Assembly: GCA_002331145.1 (NCBI GenBank)
Contig: DCYT01000002.1
Span: 23,337 to 87,336 of the forward strand
DNA: 64,000 nucleotides
Reading direction: 5' to 3'
From: Candidatus Minusculum obligatum
Lineage (GTDB): Bacteria > Patescibacteriota > Minisyncoccia > Phycocordibacterales > Phycocordibacteraceae
A model generated the notes under the pieces. That model ran no database searches. It saw only the letters and a list, made by a program, of their open reading frames with translations, and was not told where the DNA came from. Made by a program: the position numbers and the translations under genes. Of this stretch, positions 6,282 to 15,613 are shown piece after piece. Within the stretch, counting starts at the first letter, position 1. Every line of letters starts with the position of its first letter.

Positions 6282-9143
6282 ATGATTTCAAAACCAAAAA
6301 ATATCCTTGCATATGCAAAAGCACATCCGATTAAGTCGGCTGTTCTTGGTGCATTTACATTTTTTACAATTCTAGGTGCAGGCTTTGGAACATTTTATGC
6401 AATTGCACCTGAGAGTGCAGAGGCACTTATTACAGGTGGGCCTGGATGTTGCGGAGGAACTTATGATCCAATTATCGTTGATCCTTGGATTCCTGGCGGA
6501 GGAGGTGGCTTCGGCGGAGGAGGTGGCGGAGGAGGTGGATCTGCTCCTGCTCCAACATGTACGCTTTCTGCTAATCCAAACTCAATTCTTGCAGGAGGAA
6601 GCTCAACGCTCACTTGGACAACAAGTTATGCAAATGAGGTAACTATCGATAATGGTGTCGGAGGAGTTGCCATTGGTTCTGGGACAACAAGTGTAAGTCC
6701 ACCAAACACAACAACCTATAGGCTTTCTGCTACAAACACTATAACGGGACGAACTACTGTGTGTACTGCAGCAGTAACTGTTACTCCAGCTCCAGTAGCG
6801 CCAAGCTGTACGCTTGATATTGCGCCTGCAGTTGTTGAGCTTGGAAATTCAGCTTCAGCATCTTGGACAACAACAAACGGAAGCACTTTTAGTATTAGTG
6901 GAGGAATTGGGCCTGTAACACCAGTTGCAGCAGGAAGCACAACAATTACACCAACAGCTCTCGGTACGTATACATATATTGGAGTAGTAACGAGCGCCAC
7001 AGGAGAAACTGCGACGTGTACTGACTCACTTGAGGTCATTCCACCAATTGTGGTGAATGCGCCAAGTTGTGAACTCAATGTCATTCCAGAGACAATTACT
7101 ATTGGAGATACAGTATCTATTGAGTGGGACACTCGATTTGCTAACACATTTAGTATTGATAATGGAATTGGAGCAATTTCAATTCTTACAACACCAGTTG
7201 CGGGAGGAGTTGTAAAAACAGTGCCAACAACAGAAGGGACAATTACCTACACGGGAACAGTAACAGCGCTCGATGGAACTACTGTGACATGTTCTGATAC
7301 GGTAAACGTACTTCCTGTTGGAGTGGATGCTCCTGCATGTACCCTTACTACCGATGGACTTGGTGCTGGGGAAACTGAAACAACAATCTACTGGACACTC
7401 ATCAATGTAGTTTCAGCAACTCTAAATGGAAAGAGTATTGCTCCTGTTGATGGTTCACAAACTGTAGGGGCAGGAACCTACACTCTTACTGGATCAAATA
7501 CAGATGGAGTTGAGGTTACGTGTGGACTTGTAATCGAACCGCCGCTTGATGGACCTGCTTGTACGCTAACAGCAGACAAACTTTCTCTTGCTCCAGGTGA
7601 GACAACTACAATCAACTGGACAATTAACAACGCAACAGAAGCAACGCTACAGCACCTTGATGCAGTTTCTATCATTGATCCAACAGATGGATCACAGTCT
7701 GCGGTTGCAGGAACGTACACACTTTCTGTAGGGAATGGAGTACAGAGTGACACGTGTGAGGTAACAATTGCAACAGTAACTCCAGGAGTACTTAGTTGTA
7801 CGCTCGATATTGACGAGGGTGTTATTCGATCTGGACAGTCAGCGAATATGACGTGGAGTACCAATGAGGCTGTCTCATTTACTATCAATGGAGATGATAA
7901 GGATCTTTCAGGAACTGAAGTTATTCGTCCACTGGGAGTACAGATCTATACATACACAGGAATTGCGACAGACGCAGATGGAAACACTGTTGAGTGTGCA
8001 GATACTATTCAGGTAACAGGAGGATCAGGTGGAGGAGGTCTCTCATGTGCAATGAGCTTCACCGAGTCTAATATTAAGAGTGGAGGGAAATCAACACTTC
8101 GATGGGAGGTTAACAATGCTGATCCAAGCACCATTGAAATTAATCAGGGAATTGGAAGTGTAGATCCAATTGATAGTGCTGATGTTACCAAGAATGCTGT
8201 TGGAACACATGAGTATATTCTTACCGCTCGTGGAGATGGAGATCAGGTAACATGTCGAGCAACCCTAACTGTTTCAGGAGGATCAGGTGGATGTACAAGT
8301 GGTTGTGGAGGTGGAAGCCGCCTGCCACAGGTGACTATCGATTTCCTTAAGGGGCCAAATGAGCAGCCTCTTGCCTTTGTTACTCTTTCACAAATTCCAT
8401 ATACAGGAATTGAGCTTGGGCAATTTGGCACAGTTATTTACTGGCTATTCCTAACAATCTGGAGCGGTGCAGTTGCATACCTTGTATTGTTCAAGATTGT
8501 GCCATTTACAGGCCGAAAACTGGCTGCAGTTAAGAATGGTGTGTCTGAGGCGATAAATGCCACAGAAGAGGGTACAATGGATATAACTATGCATGAGGAA
8601 ATGGAAGATATTCAAATGGATGGATTCTCTCCAAAGCAAGGAGATGAAGCTCTTTCTGTTGAAGATATTGTTCGTGGTCTCTCACGAATGCATCAAGAGT
8701 CTCGACCTGTCGCATCTGAGATTGAGGTGGAGGAGGAAGAGCCTGAGGTGTATGAGGCCGATGTAGCGCGCGAGATGGAAACAGCTCCAGTACAAACAGC
8801 AACACCACACTCTACTGGAGAAGAGCTTCAGCTACTCAATGCTCTTATGAGTGGAGATCGAGACACAAGCTTTAGTTTGCTGCGACGTGCAACTCGAAAT
8901 GGAGGTCGTCCAGATCTATTGATTGAGAAAGTGCTTGTGCACCTTGATGCTGCATATCGAGCACGAATTGATGGAATTCCTTGTTCTGAGGATGTGCGAC
9001 GAGCAACTGCAGCTCTAGATACTGCGCTTCTTGAGGAGGTGATTAGTTCTCTTGCATCTGCAATTGATACAACATATTCACAGTCTCAAACTGGAGCAAA
9101 GCTAGCGCTCGCTAGGGCGCACGCGGTGATTGAGCGCGGATAA
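6282..9143 (+). CDS. Large surface protein. It has an N-terminal TM anchor, a Gly-rich segment, seven tandem Ig-like repeats of about 95 aa with two cysteines each, an internal sortase-like IPYTG motif followed by a TM helix and K/R, and a ~230-aa acidic/helical C-terminal tail.
   Basis: 953-aa continuous ORF. GGGGGFGGGGGGGGGS after TM1. Each repeat begins (P/L)(T/S/A)C(T/E/A)L...W(T/D)... and ends ...TC.. . Then SQIPYTGIELGQFGTVIYWLFLTIWSGAVAYLVLFKIVPFTGRK, followed by a cytoplasmic tail containing EIEVEEEEPEVYEAD. Confidence 0.8.
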   Translation: MISKPKNILAYAKAHPIKSAVLGAFTFFTILGAGFGTFYAIAPESAEALITGGPGCCGGTYDPIIVDPWIPGGGGGFGGGGGGGGGSAPAPTCTLSANPNSILAGGSSTLTWTTSYANEVTIDNGVGGVAIGSGTTSVSPPNTTTYRLSATNTITGRTTVCTAAVTVTPAPVAPSCTLDIAPAVVELGNSASASWTTTNGSTFSISGGIGPVTPVAAGSTTITPTALGTYTYIGVVTSATGETATCTDSLEVIPPIVVNAPSCELNVIPETITIGDTVSIEWDTRFANTFSIDNGIGAISILTTPVAGGVVKTVPTTEGTITYTGTVTALDGTTVTCSDTVNVLPVGVDAPACTLTTDGLGAGETETTIYWTLINVVSATLNGKSIAPVDGSQTVGAGTYTLTGSNTDGVEVTCGLVIEPPLDGPACTLTADKLSLAPGETTTINWTINNATEATLQHLDAVSIIDPTDGSQSAVAGTYTLSVGNGVQSDTCEVTIATVTPGVLSCTLDIDEGVIRSGQSANMTWSTNEAVSFTINGDDKDLSGTEVIRPLGVQIYTYTGIATDADGNTVECADTIQVTGGSGGGGLSCAMSFTESNIKSGGKSTLRWEVNNADPSTIEINQGIGSVDPIDSADVTKNAVGTHEYILTARGDGDQVTCRATLTVSGGSGGCTSGCGGGSRLPQVTIDFLKGPNEQPLAFVTLSQIPYTGIELGQFGTVIYWLFLTIWSGAVAYLVLFKIVPFTGRKLAAVKNGVSEAINATEEGTMDITMHEEMEDIQMDGFSPKQGDEALSVEDIVRGLSRMHQESRPVASEIEVEEEEPEVYEADVAREMETAPVQTATPHSTGEELQLLNALMSGDRDTSFSLLRRATRNGGRPDLLIEKVLVHLDAAYRARIDGIPCSEDVRRATAALDTALLEEVISSLASAIDTTYSQSQTGAKLALARAHAVIERG

Positions 9144-9170
9144 TACTCGATCATTTTTTACCGATGTATA

Positions 9171-9199
9171 AAAACAGCACTCGTATGAGTGCTGTTTTT
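9171..9199. terminator. Bidirectional intrinsic terminator downstream of the surface-protein gene
   Basis: aaaacagcactc-gtat-gagtgctgtttt: a perfect 12-bp stem flanked by A- and T-runs. Confidence 0.6.
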
Positions 9200-9201
9200 A
9201 T

Positions 9202-9237
9202 AACTACGTAGTTAATTACGTAATTAACTACGTAGTT
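9202..9237. repeat. Perfect 36-bp palindrome aactacgtagttaattacgtaattaactacgtagtt, with three TACGTA cores, overlapping the thrS stop codon.
   Basis: The sequence equals its own reverse complement, verified base by base. It sits exactly at a convergent gene junction. A sibling perfect palindrome at 39066-39101 shares the core ttaactacgtagttaa. Confidence 0.75.
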
Positions 9238-10982
9238 GGTGCAAGTGCTCGAGAGTCTCGCTCTTCTATAAGTTTTTGGATAAAGTCATCTACGTTTACT
9301 CCATCAAGTTTTCCAAGGTCTCGATGCTCAGGAGAAACTTCATTGCTCTCAACTTCTTTATCTCCAACAACAATTACATATGGAACTTTTTGTCCTTTGA
9401 ATCCATAGATACGCTTTCCAAGAGAAATGTTCTCAGCATTTACTTCAACTCGAATATTTTGCGCTTCAAGTTTTTCTTTTAGTTCTTGTGTGTATGCTGC
9501 ATGGTCTTCTGATACTGGCACAAGCCCAACTTGTATAGGTGAGAGCCATAGAGGGAATGCTCCTGCAAAATGCTCAATTGCAACTCCTAGGAATCGCTCA
9601 AGAGATCCTGAGATAGCTCGGTGGATCATAACAGGGCGCTTTTTCTTTCCATCACTGTCTGTATATTCAAGCTTAAATCGCTCAGGAAGGTTGAAATCAA
9701 GCTGTGCGGTAGCTAATTGCCACTCTCGTCCAATTGCGTCAGTTGCAACAAAATCAATTTTTGGACCATAGAATGCTGCCTCTCCAGGCTCAGTTACGTA
9801 CTCTTTTCCAATCTCTTCAATACAAGACTTCAAAGTGTTGATTGAATTTTCCCAAAGCTCAGGAGTTCCAAGGTACTTCTCTGGCTCCTCAGGATCATTG
9901 GTAGAAAGTCTTACTGCAAGTGGCATATCAAAGGCTTCGTAGAAGTTTTTGATGATGTCGTAGATTGCGAGCACCTCGTCTTTTACTTGATCTTCAGTAC
10001 AAAATACATGGGCATCGTCCTGTGTAATTGATCGAACTCGAGTGAGTCCTGCAAGTTGCCCTGTATTTTCGTCTCGATATACCGTTGTTACCTCAGAGTA
10101 CCTGATAGGGAGATCTTTGTATGAGCGAGGTTGTGAGGCAAAGATTTGTGTGTGGTGAGGACAGTTCATCGGCTTCATGATGAACTCGTCATCTGTCTTC
10201 TTGCTTTTTACAAAGAAAATATCATCTGCAAACTTGTCATAGTGTCCACTTGTTTTGTAGAGATCACACTTTGCCATATGAGGAATATTTACACGCTCAT
10301 ATCCATAAGGCTTTGCAAGTTCCCACACAAACTCTTCAAGCTCTTTACGCATGATATTTCCCTTGGGTGTAAATAGGGGAAGTCCAGAACCAACAAGAGG
10401 AGAGAATGCAAAGAGATCAAGCTCCTTTCCAATCTTTCGATGGTCTCGCTTTTTTGCCTCTTCTTGTTGTTCTTTGTATGCATCAAGATCAGCTTTAGAT
10501 TCAAATGCTATTCCATAGATACGAGTAAGCATTTGATTGTTCTCATCTCCCTGCCAGTATGCTCCAGCAACATTTGAGAGCATGAAGGCTTCGGGATCAA
10601 TGTCCTTTGAAGACTCTACGTGAGGTCCTTCACAAAGATCTGTGAAGTTTCCAATAGTGTATGTAGAAAGTTTCGCACCTTCGTCATTTAGCTTTTCAAT
10701 GAGTTCAAGCTTATGAGTCTGGTCCTTGAAGCGCTGCTTTGCATCCTCGTATGTAATTTCATGCATCTCAGGAGTAAATCCTTCTTTGAGTATTTCGCGC
10801 ATAAGTTCCTCCAGTTTTGGAAGATTCTCCTCATTTACAGGAGATGAGAGTTCAATATCGTAATAAAAACCATTGTCTGTTGCAGGTCCCGTTCCGAATT
10901 TTGCCTTATCATCGTGCTCGAGCACAGCGCCTGCAAGTATGTGTGCTAGAGAGTGTCGAATCTTCAAAAGTTTGTCATCCAT
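9228..10982 (-). CDS. thrS: Threonine--tRNA ligase, a short form without the N-terminal TGS domain
   Basis: 584 aa. Editing-domain His motif RHSLAHILAGAV, class II core (HRKIGKELDLF, MNCPHH, FYGPKIDF) and a C-terminal anticodon-binding domain. Confidence 0.9.
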   Translation of the reverse strand: MDDKLLKIRHSLAHILAGAVLEHDDKAKFGTGPATDNGFYYDIELSSPVNEENLPKLEELMREILKEGFTPEMHEITYEDAKQRFKDQTHKLELIEKLNDEGAKLSTYTIGNFTDLCEGPHVESSKDIDPEAFMLSNVAGAYWQGDENNQMLTRIYGIAFESKADLDAYKEQQEEAKKRDHRKIGKELDLFAFSPLVGSGLPLFTPKGNIMRKELEEFVWELAKPYGYERVNIPHMAKCDLYKTSGHYDKFADDIFFVKSKKTDDEFIMKPMNCPHHTQIFASQPRSYKDLPIRYSEVTTVYRDENTGQLAGLTRVRSITQDDAHVFCTEDQVKDEVLAIYDIIKNFYEAFDMPLAVRLSTNDPEEPEKYLGTPELWENSINTLKSCIEEIGKEYVTEPGEAAFYGPKIDFVATDAIGREWQLATAQLDFNLPERFKLEYTDSDGKKKRPVMIHRAISGSLERFLGVAIEHFAGAFPLWLSPIQVGLVPVSEDHAAYTQELKEKLEAQNIRVEVNAENISLGKRIYGFKGQKVPYVIVVGDKEVESNEVSPEHRDLGKLDGVNVDDFIQKLIEERDSRALAPTT

Positions 10983-11143
10983 ATAGCCTTACTATACAAC
11001 AAATGCGACCTATTGGGGCCGCATTTCATAATATAAACACAACCGCCAGAGAGCGCTTACCACGTTGTGGTTGTTGTGTTTGTTACGATCATAATAATAA
11101 ATAGAGAGTAGCAGATGGGTAAGGGAAGTCAATGTGAAAGGCG

Positions 11144-11326
11144 CTATGATTGTAGCGCCTTTTTCCTTTCCTTTCTTTTCTTCTCCAGTGCTCCAACTTT
11201 CTTTCGGAGTGATTTGCGAATGTTCACAACTTCTCTGTCGTCTGAGGTTTTCAGAACAATGATTTCAGTATTGATGCCTGCAATTTTTGCATCAAGAAGG
11301 AATATTTCCCGCTCTCGTTTTTCCAT
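11144..11326 (-). CDS. Small basic hypothetical protein (60 aa) downstream of dnaE, with a strong Shine-Dalgarno.
   Basis: GGGAGGaaaatATG: SD 6 nt upstream of the start. Lys/Arg-rich C-terminus KKVGALEKKRKERKKALQS. The 3' end contains an 8-bp stem hairpin. Confidence 0.4.
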   Translation of the reverse strand: MEKREREIFLLDAKIAGINTEIIVLKTSDDREVVNIRKSLRKKVGALEKKRKERKKALQS

Positions 11327-11355
11327 ATTTTCCTCCCACTTCTTGCTTCAAGATG

Positions 11356-14300
11356 CTACAAAGATTGTATTTTGTCAATGATAAGGCTTGTTTCGCCATT
11401 TCGGGCAGATAAACTTCCTTTTGTAACTACACATGAAGATTGGAAGAGAAGTCCATTGCACTGCTCATATAGTTTTGGAAATACAACACACTCAAGAGAC
11501 CCTGACTTATCTCCAATTTTTACAAAGGCCATTTTGTCTCCCTTCTTTGTTAGAAATGGTTTTACATCTTCAATCATTCCAGCAACTACTGTGGGGAGTG
11601 TGCTCTTGGGTCCATCAACTAATTGAGAAATATTCTTTTTTACATTCTTTAGTTTTTCTTCGTACTGATCAAGAGGGTGTCCGGATACATAAATTCCAAG
11701 AAGCTCTTTCTCCCATACAAGCTTGTCTTGCTTTGCTGCATCAGGTGCTTCTTCAAGATCAAGCCGGTGTGATGGGGTAAGAGATCCAAAGAGTGAGTCT
11801 TGAGCTCCTGCCTCAGCTCCTGCTTCTTTATGGAAGGTAAGCATTTGCTCAAGATTGTGAAGGAGTGTTCCTCGGTTTGCAAAAGAGTCTAGCGCACCAG
11901 ATTTGATAAGAGATTCAAGACCTTTCTTATTAAGAGCACTTGAAGTTACTCGAGAAAGGAAGTTTGCAAGACTCTCAAATTTTCCATTTGCTTCACGCTC
12001 TTCAATAATTGCATTGGCAACTCCTTCTCCAAAGTTTTTAATTGAAACTAATCCAAAGCGGATCTTTGTATTATTTTCAACAATCGTAAAGTCGGTATTA
12101 CTTTCATTTACATCAGGAGGAAGAACTGGAATTCCCATTCGCTCACACTCTGCAATTAGTATTGAAATTTTGTCGATTTCTCCCGCATCAGCGGTAAGGA
12201 GCGCTGTCATGTACGGAACAGGGTAGTTGGCCTTCATGTAGGCAGTTTGATAGGCAACACGTCCATAACTTGCGGCATGAGCTTTGTTAAATCCGTATCC
12301 GGCAAATGGGGCAATAAGTTCCCAAATTTGTGCAGCCTTTTCTGCAGTCATTCCATTTTCAACGCATCCCTTAAGGAATTTCTCATGCTGCCGTTCCATC
12401 TCTTCAGGAATTTTCTTTCCCATAGCCTTTCGGAGCTTGTCAGCCTCAAGCCATGAATATCCTGCAAGATGGATTGAAATAAGAAGCACGTCATCCTGGT
12501 AGGTAATCACTCCGTATGACATATCAAGAATGTCTTTCATTCGATCATCAAGATAAGTAATTTTCTGAGGGTTATATTTTCGCTCAATGTAATCGGGAAT
12601 AGATTCCATCGGACCTGGACGATACAGCGCTACCATCGCATTAATATCATTGATGTTTGTTGGCTTTAGTTCTTTAAGGAATCTTGTCATTCCAGAACCG
12701 TTCAATTGGAAGAGTCCTTCTGTTTGTCCTGTTGCAAGAAGTTTAAACGTCTTTTCATCATCGATAGGAACATTTTCAATATCAACGACATCACCAGTTT
12801 CTTCTTTTGCCATGCGCACAGCGTCCGCCAAGATCGCAAGGTTTTTAATACCAAGGAAATCAAATTTAAGAAGACCTGCATCTTCAACAGAGTGCATGTC
12901 GTACTGTGTGATAAGTTTTCCTCCTTTGGGATCGAGCTGAATCGGTGCCCAATCAATAAGTGGAGTAGGAGAGATCACAACTCCAGCAGCGTGCACTCCA
13001 GTTTGGCGAGCACACCCCTCAACTTTCTTTGCAAGATCAATAATCTCTTTTACATCCTCGTCTCCTTTATAGAGCTTCTTAAGTTCAGGCTCCATTTTAA
13101 GAGCAGTGTCGATTGTCATAGGGAATCCCTGGCTTCCAATAGGGATAAGCTTTGCAATACGGTCTCCAACCATATATGCGTGTCCTAGGGCTCGTGCTGT
13201 ATCTCGAACTGCAGCGCGGGCTGCCATAGTTCCAAATGTACCAATCTGCGCAACATGATCTTCTCCATACTTTTCTCGAGCGTAATTAATAGCTTCATCT
13301 CGTCTATTATCGGCAAAGTCCATGTCGATATCAGGAGCAGACGGTCGCTCTGGATTTAGGAATCGCTCAAACGGAAGTTTGTATTCAAGTGGGTTTACGT
13401 TTGTAATTCCAAGGAGGTAAGTGGTTAAAGACCCCGCAACAGATCCACGAATAGTCGTAAGGATTCCTTTCTCTCGTGCAAAGCGCAGAAGGTCTCCCAC
13501 TACAAGGAAATATGGCGCGTACCCTTTGTGCTTGATAATTCCAAGCTCATACTCAAGACGCTCTACAAGTTCGTCAGTCTTTTCTAAGTCTCGAGTTTTA
13601 ATTCCTTCATACGCTAGGCGAGAGAGCTCCTCCTGGTACCCAAGTCCACTTTCAATCTTAATGTCAGGGAATACCCAGTTTCCAAGTTCAAAATCTAGAT
13701 CAATACTATCCGCAATCTTTTTTGAGTTGGCAATTGCTTCAGGAATTTTTTTAAATGCTTTTTCAATATCTTTTGGTTTTTTAAATGAGAGATCTAGTCC
13801 TGTTGTTCCTGTTGCGTGCCGCCCTTCTCTGATTCGCATAAGCACCTCACGAGCCTCACGGTCCTCAGGCTTTAGGTAGTACACTTCCTGGTTTGCAACA
13901 ACAGGCACATCTTCTGCTTTCCCAAGTTCAATTATTTTTTCAACAAGAGCTCCCCGTTCTTTTTTCTCTGGGTGATCTGTTATCTCAAGGTAGAGATCAT
14001 CTTTAAAAATATCTTTGTATGAAGAAAGGAGTGCTGCGGCTTCTGTTGCATTTCCTTGATTTAAAAGAACAGAAGTTTCTCCTTGGTGTGTTGGGATAAT
14101 TGCTATTACACCCTCGCTACTTTCTTTGAGAAGCTCAAGGTCTACACGTGGTCGCTCGCAAAAACCAGTAAGGTATGAGTCAGTAATGATCTTTAGAAGG
14201 TTTTTATACCCTGTTTCGTTTTTTGCTAGGAGAATAATTCGGGCCAGGTCATGATCTCTTTCGTGATCCTCTTTTCGACTGCCGGGCGCTACATAGGTGT

Positions 14301-14499
14301 GGACACCGATAATTGGTTTGATGTCATTTTTTTTACACTCTTTATAAAACTCAATGGCACCGTGCAAGTTTCCTGTATCGGTAAGTGCCAAAGCCTTCAT
14401 TTCATACTTTTTTGCTGTTGCTACAAGCTCCTTCACTTTGGGGAGAGCGCGGAGGAAGCTATAGTGACTATGCGTATCAATCTGGACGTAATCGCTCAT
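11356..14499 (-). CDS. dnaE: DNA polymerase III alpha subunit
   Basis: 1047 aa. N-terminal PHP domain (IDTHSHYSFLRALPKVKELV...ALALTDTGNLHGAIEFY), polymerase core, and C-terminal OB-fold region. Confidence 0.95.
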   Translation of the reverse strand: MSDYVQIDTHSHYSFLRALPKVKELVATAKKYEMKALALTDTGNLHGAIEFYKECKKNDIKPIIGVHTYVAPGSRKEDHERDHDLARIILLAKNETGYKNLLKIITDSYLTGFCERPRVDLELLKESSEGVIAIIPTHQGETSVLLNQGNATEAAALLSSYKDIFKDDLYLEITDHPEKKERGALVEKIIELGKAEDVPVVANQEVYYLKPEDREAREVLMRIREGRHATGTTGLDLSFKKPKDIEKAFKKIPEAIANSKKIADSIDLDFELGNWVFPDIKIESGLGYQEELSRLAYEGIKTRDLEKTDELVERLEYELGIIKHKGYAPYFLVVGDLLRFAREKGILTTIRGSVAGSLTTYLLGITNVNPLEYKLPFERFLNPERPSAPDIDMDFADNRRDEAINYAREKYGEDHVAQIGTFGTMAARAAVRDTARALGHAYMVGDRIAKLIPIGSQGFPMTIDTALKMEPELKKLYKGDEDVKEIIDLAKKVEGCARQTGVHAAGVVISPTPLIDWAPIQLDPKGGKLITQYDMHSVEDAGLLKFDFLGIKNLAILADAVRMAKEETGDVVDIENVPIDDEKTFKLLATGQTEGLFQLNGSGMTRFLKELKPTNINDINAMVALYRPGPMESIPDYIERKYNPQKITYLDDRMKDILDMSYGVITYQDDVLLISIHLAGYSWLEADKLRKAMGKKIPEEMERQHEKFLKGCVENGMTAEKAAQIWELIAPFAGYGFNKAHAASYGRVAYQTAYMKANYPVPYMTALLTADAGEIDKISILIAECERMGIPVLPPDVNESNTDFTIVENNTKIRFGLVSIKNFGEGVANAIIEEREANGKFESLANFLSRVTSSALNKKGLESLIKSGALDSFANRGTLLHNLEQMLTFHKEAGAEAGAQDSLFGSLTPSHRLDLEEAPDAAKQDKLVWEKELLGIYVSGHPLDQYEEKLKNVKKNISQLVDGPKSTLPTVVAGMIEDVKPFLTKKGDKMAFVKIGDKSGSLECVVFPKLYEQCNGLLFQSSCVVTKGSLSARNGETSLIIDKIQSL

Positions 14500-14542
14500 T
14501 TAGACACTAGTATACCAAAACAGATGATATAGTGTCTTGTAT

Positions 14543-15007
14543 ATGAAAAAGGGATTTACTCTCATAGAGCTTTTGGTGGTAGTTGCCATTATTGGAATGC
14601 TTTCTTCTGTAGTTTTGGCATCTTTAAACACTGCACGGGGAAATGCACGAGACACACGACGTCAGTCAGATCTTAAGCAAATACAGACTGCTTTAGAGCT
14701 TTATTACAATGTAAATAATGCATATCCAAATGAGACAGGATGTGACTCAAGTCAGGGAACTTCTTCAGGAGGATGTCCATCAGGAGGACTTGGAGGAAGC
14801 GACTGGAACTCAAGCAGCTTTATCTATCAAGCTCTTGTACCCACGTACATTCAGGCTCTTCCAGTAGACCCTATGAACAGCGGAGTCTATTACTACACAT
14901 ATGAACCAGCAAATCCTGCAGGACAAAACTACTGTCTTGGTGTTCCGCTTGAAGGTGGAGGGAGGTTTAACTTAAAAGATGGAACACCACTTGCAGGAAG
15001 TTGTTAA
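14543..15007 (+). CDS. Type IV pilin or pseudopilin with a prepilin-peptidase cleavage/N-methylation motif
   Basis: MKKGFTLIELLVVVAIIGMLSSVV: a class III signal with G-F at the cleavage site and E+5. The C-terminal globular part has paired Cys residues. The ORF track start at 14537 is 2 codons upstream. Confidence 0.75.
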   Translation: MKKGFTLIELLVVVAIIGMLSSVVLASLNTARGNARDTRRQSDLKQIQTALELYYNVNNAYPNETGCDSSQGTSSGGCPSGGLGGSDWNSSSFIYQALVPTYIQALPVDPMNSGVYYYTYEPANPAGQNYCLGVPLEGGGRFNLKDGTPLAGSC

Positions 15008-15577
15008 ATGTATATTGCAGGCATAGATGAGGTTGGAAGAGGGCCACTTGCTGGTCCTGTTTCTATTGGAATTGTGTGGGTCAAAAAAGATCTTGATCTG
15101 AAGGAGAAATACCCAACCCTCAATGATTCAAAAAAGCTTTCTGAAAAGAAGCGAGAGGAAATATATAAATTAGCAAAGAAAGATTCTGATATTTCATATG
15201 TGGTTGTGAGTAATGCAGCAAAAGTTATAGATGAGAAGGGAATTGAGTTTGCAATTAGAGATGCAATTGCTAGGGGGTGTAAAAAACTTCCCGAAGATAC
15301 ATCTATATATTTAGATGGAAGACTTAAGGCTCCAGATAATTTTAAACAAGAGACTGTAGTTGGGGGAGATGCAAAAATTCCAGCAATTTCCTTAGCCTCT
15401 ATAATGGCGAAGGTAGAGCGGGATAGATATATGAAGAAAATATCAGAGGATTATCCTCAATATGGTTTTCATAAGCATAAAGGGTATGGAACAAAAGCTC
15501 ACATGGAAGCAATTGTTGATTGTGGGTTTTGTGAATTCCATAGGGAGAGTTTTTGTAGAAATTTGACCCAAGAATAG
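15008..15577 (+). CDS. rnhB: Ribonuclease HII
   Basis: N-terminus MYIAGIDEVGRGPLAGPVSIG with catalytic DE. 189 aa. The start codon immediately follows the pilin stop. Confidence 0.9.
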   Translation: MYIAGIDEVGRGPLAGPVSIGIVWVKKDLDLKEKYPTLNDSKKLSEKKREEIYKLAKKDSDISYVVVSNAAKVIDEKGIEFAIRDAIARGCKKLPEDTSIYLDGRLKAPDNFKQETVVGGDAKIPAISLASIMAKVERDRYMKKISEDYPQYGFHKHKGYGTKAHMEAIVDCGFCEFHRESFCRNLTQE

Positions 15578-15613
15578 ATTTCTTGTAGAACAAGTGAGGA
15601 AAAGGAGGTTCCA

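Noticed and set aside
6500-8300. DNA-level tandem repeat underlying the seven Ig-like protein repeats
   Set aside because: The repeats are diverged at the nucleotide level with no long identical DNA units, so this is a protein-domain repeat rather than a recent DNA tandem array.
11148-11175. Plus-strand terminator-like hairpin (aggcgcta-tgattg-tagcgcct plus T5)
   Set aside because: It lies inside the SD-preceded minus-strand small ORF and has no upstream plus-strand gene. Kept only as an open question, not as a feature.
12706-13188. Numerous 60-180-aa ORFs antisense to or out of frame with long housekeeping genes (for example 2596..3120 in gyrB, 3840..4388, 12706..13188 in dnaE, 16608..16994, 25259..25567 in rpoB)
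   Set aside because: They lie wholly inside confidently identified genes on the other strand or frame, with skewed composition. Treated as spurious.
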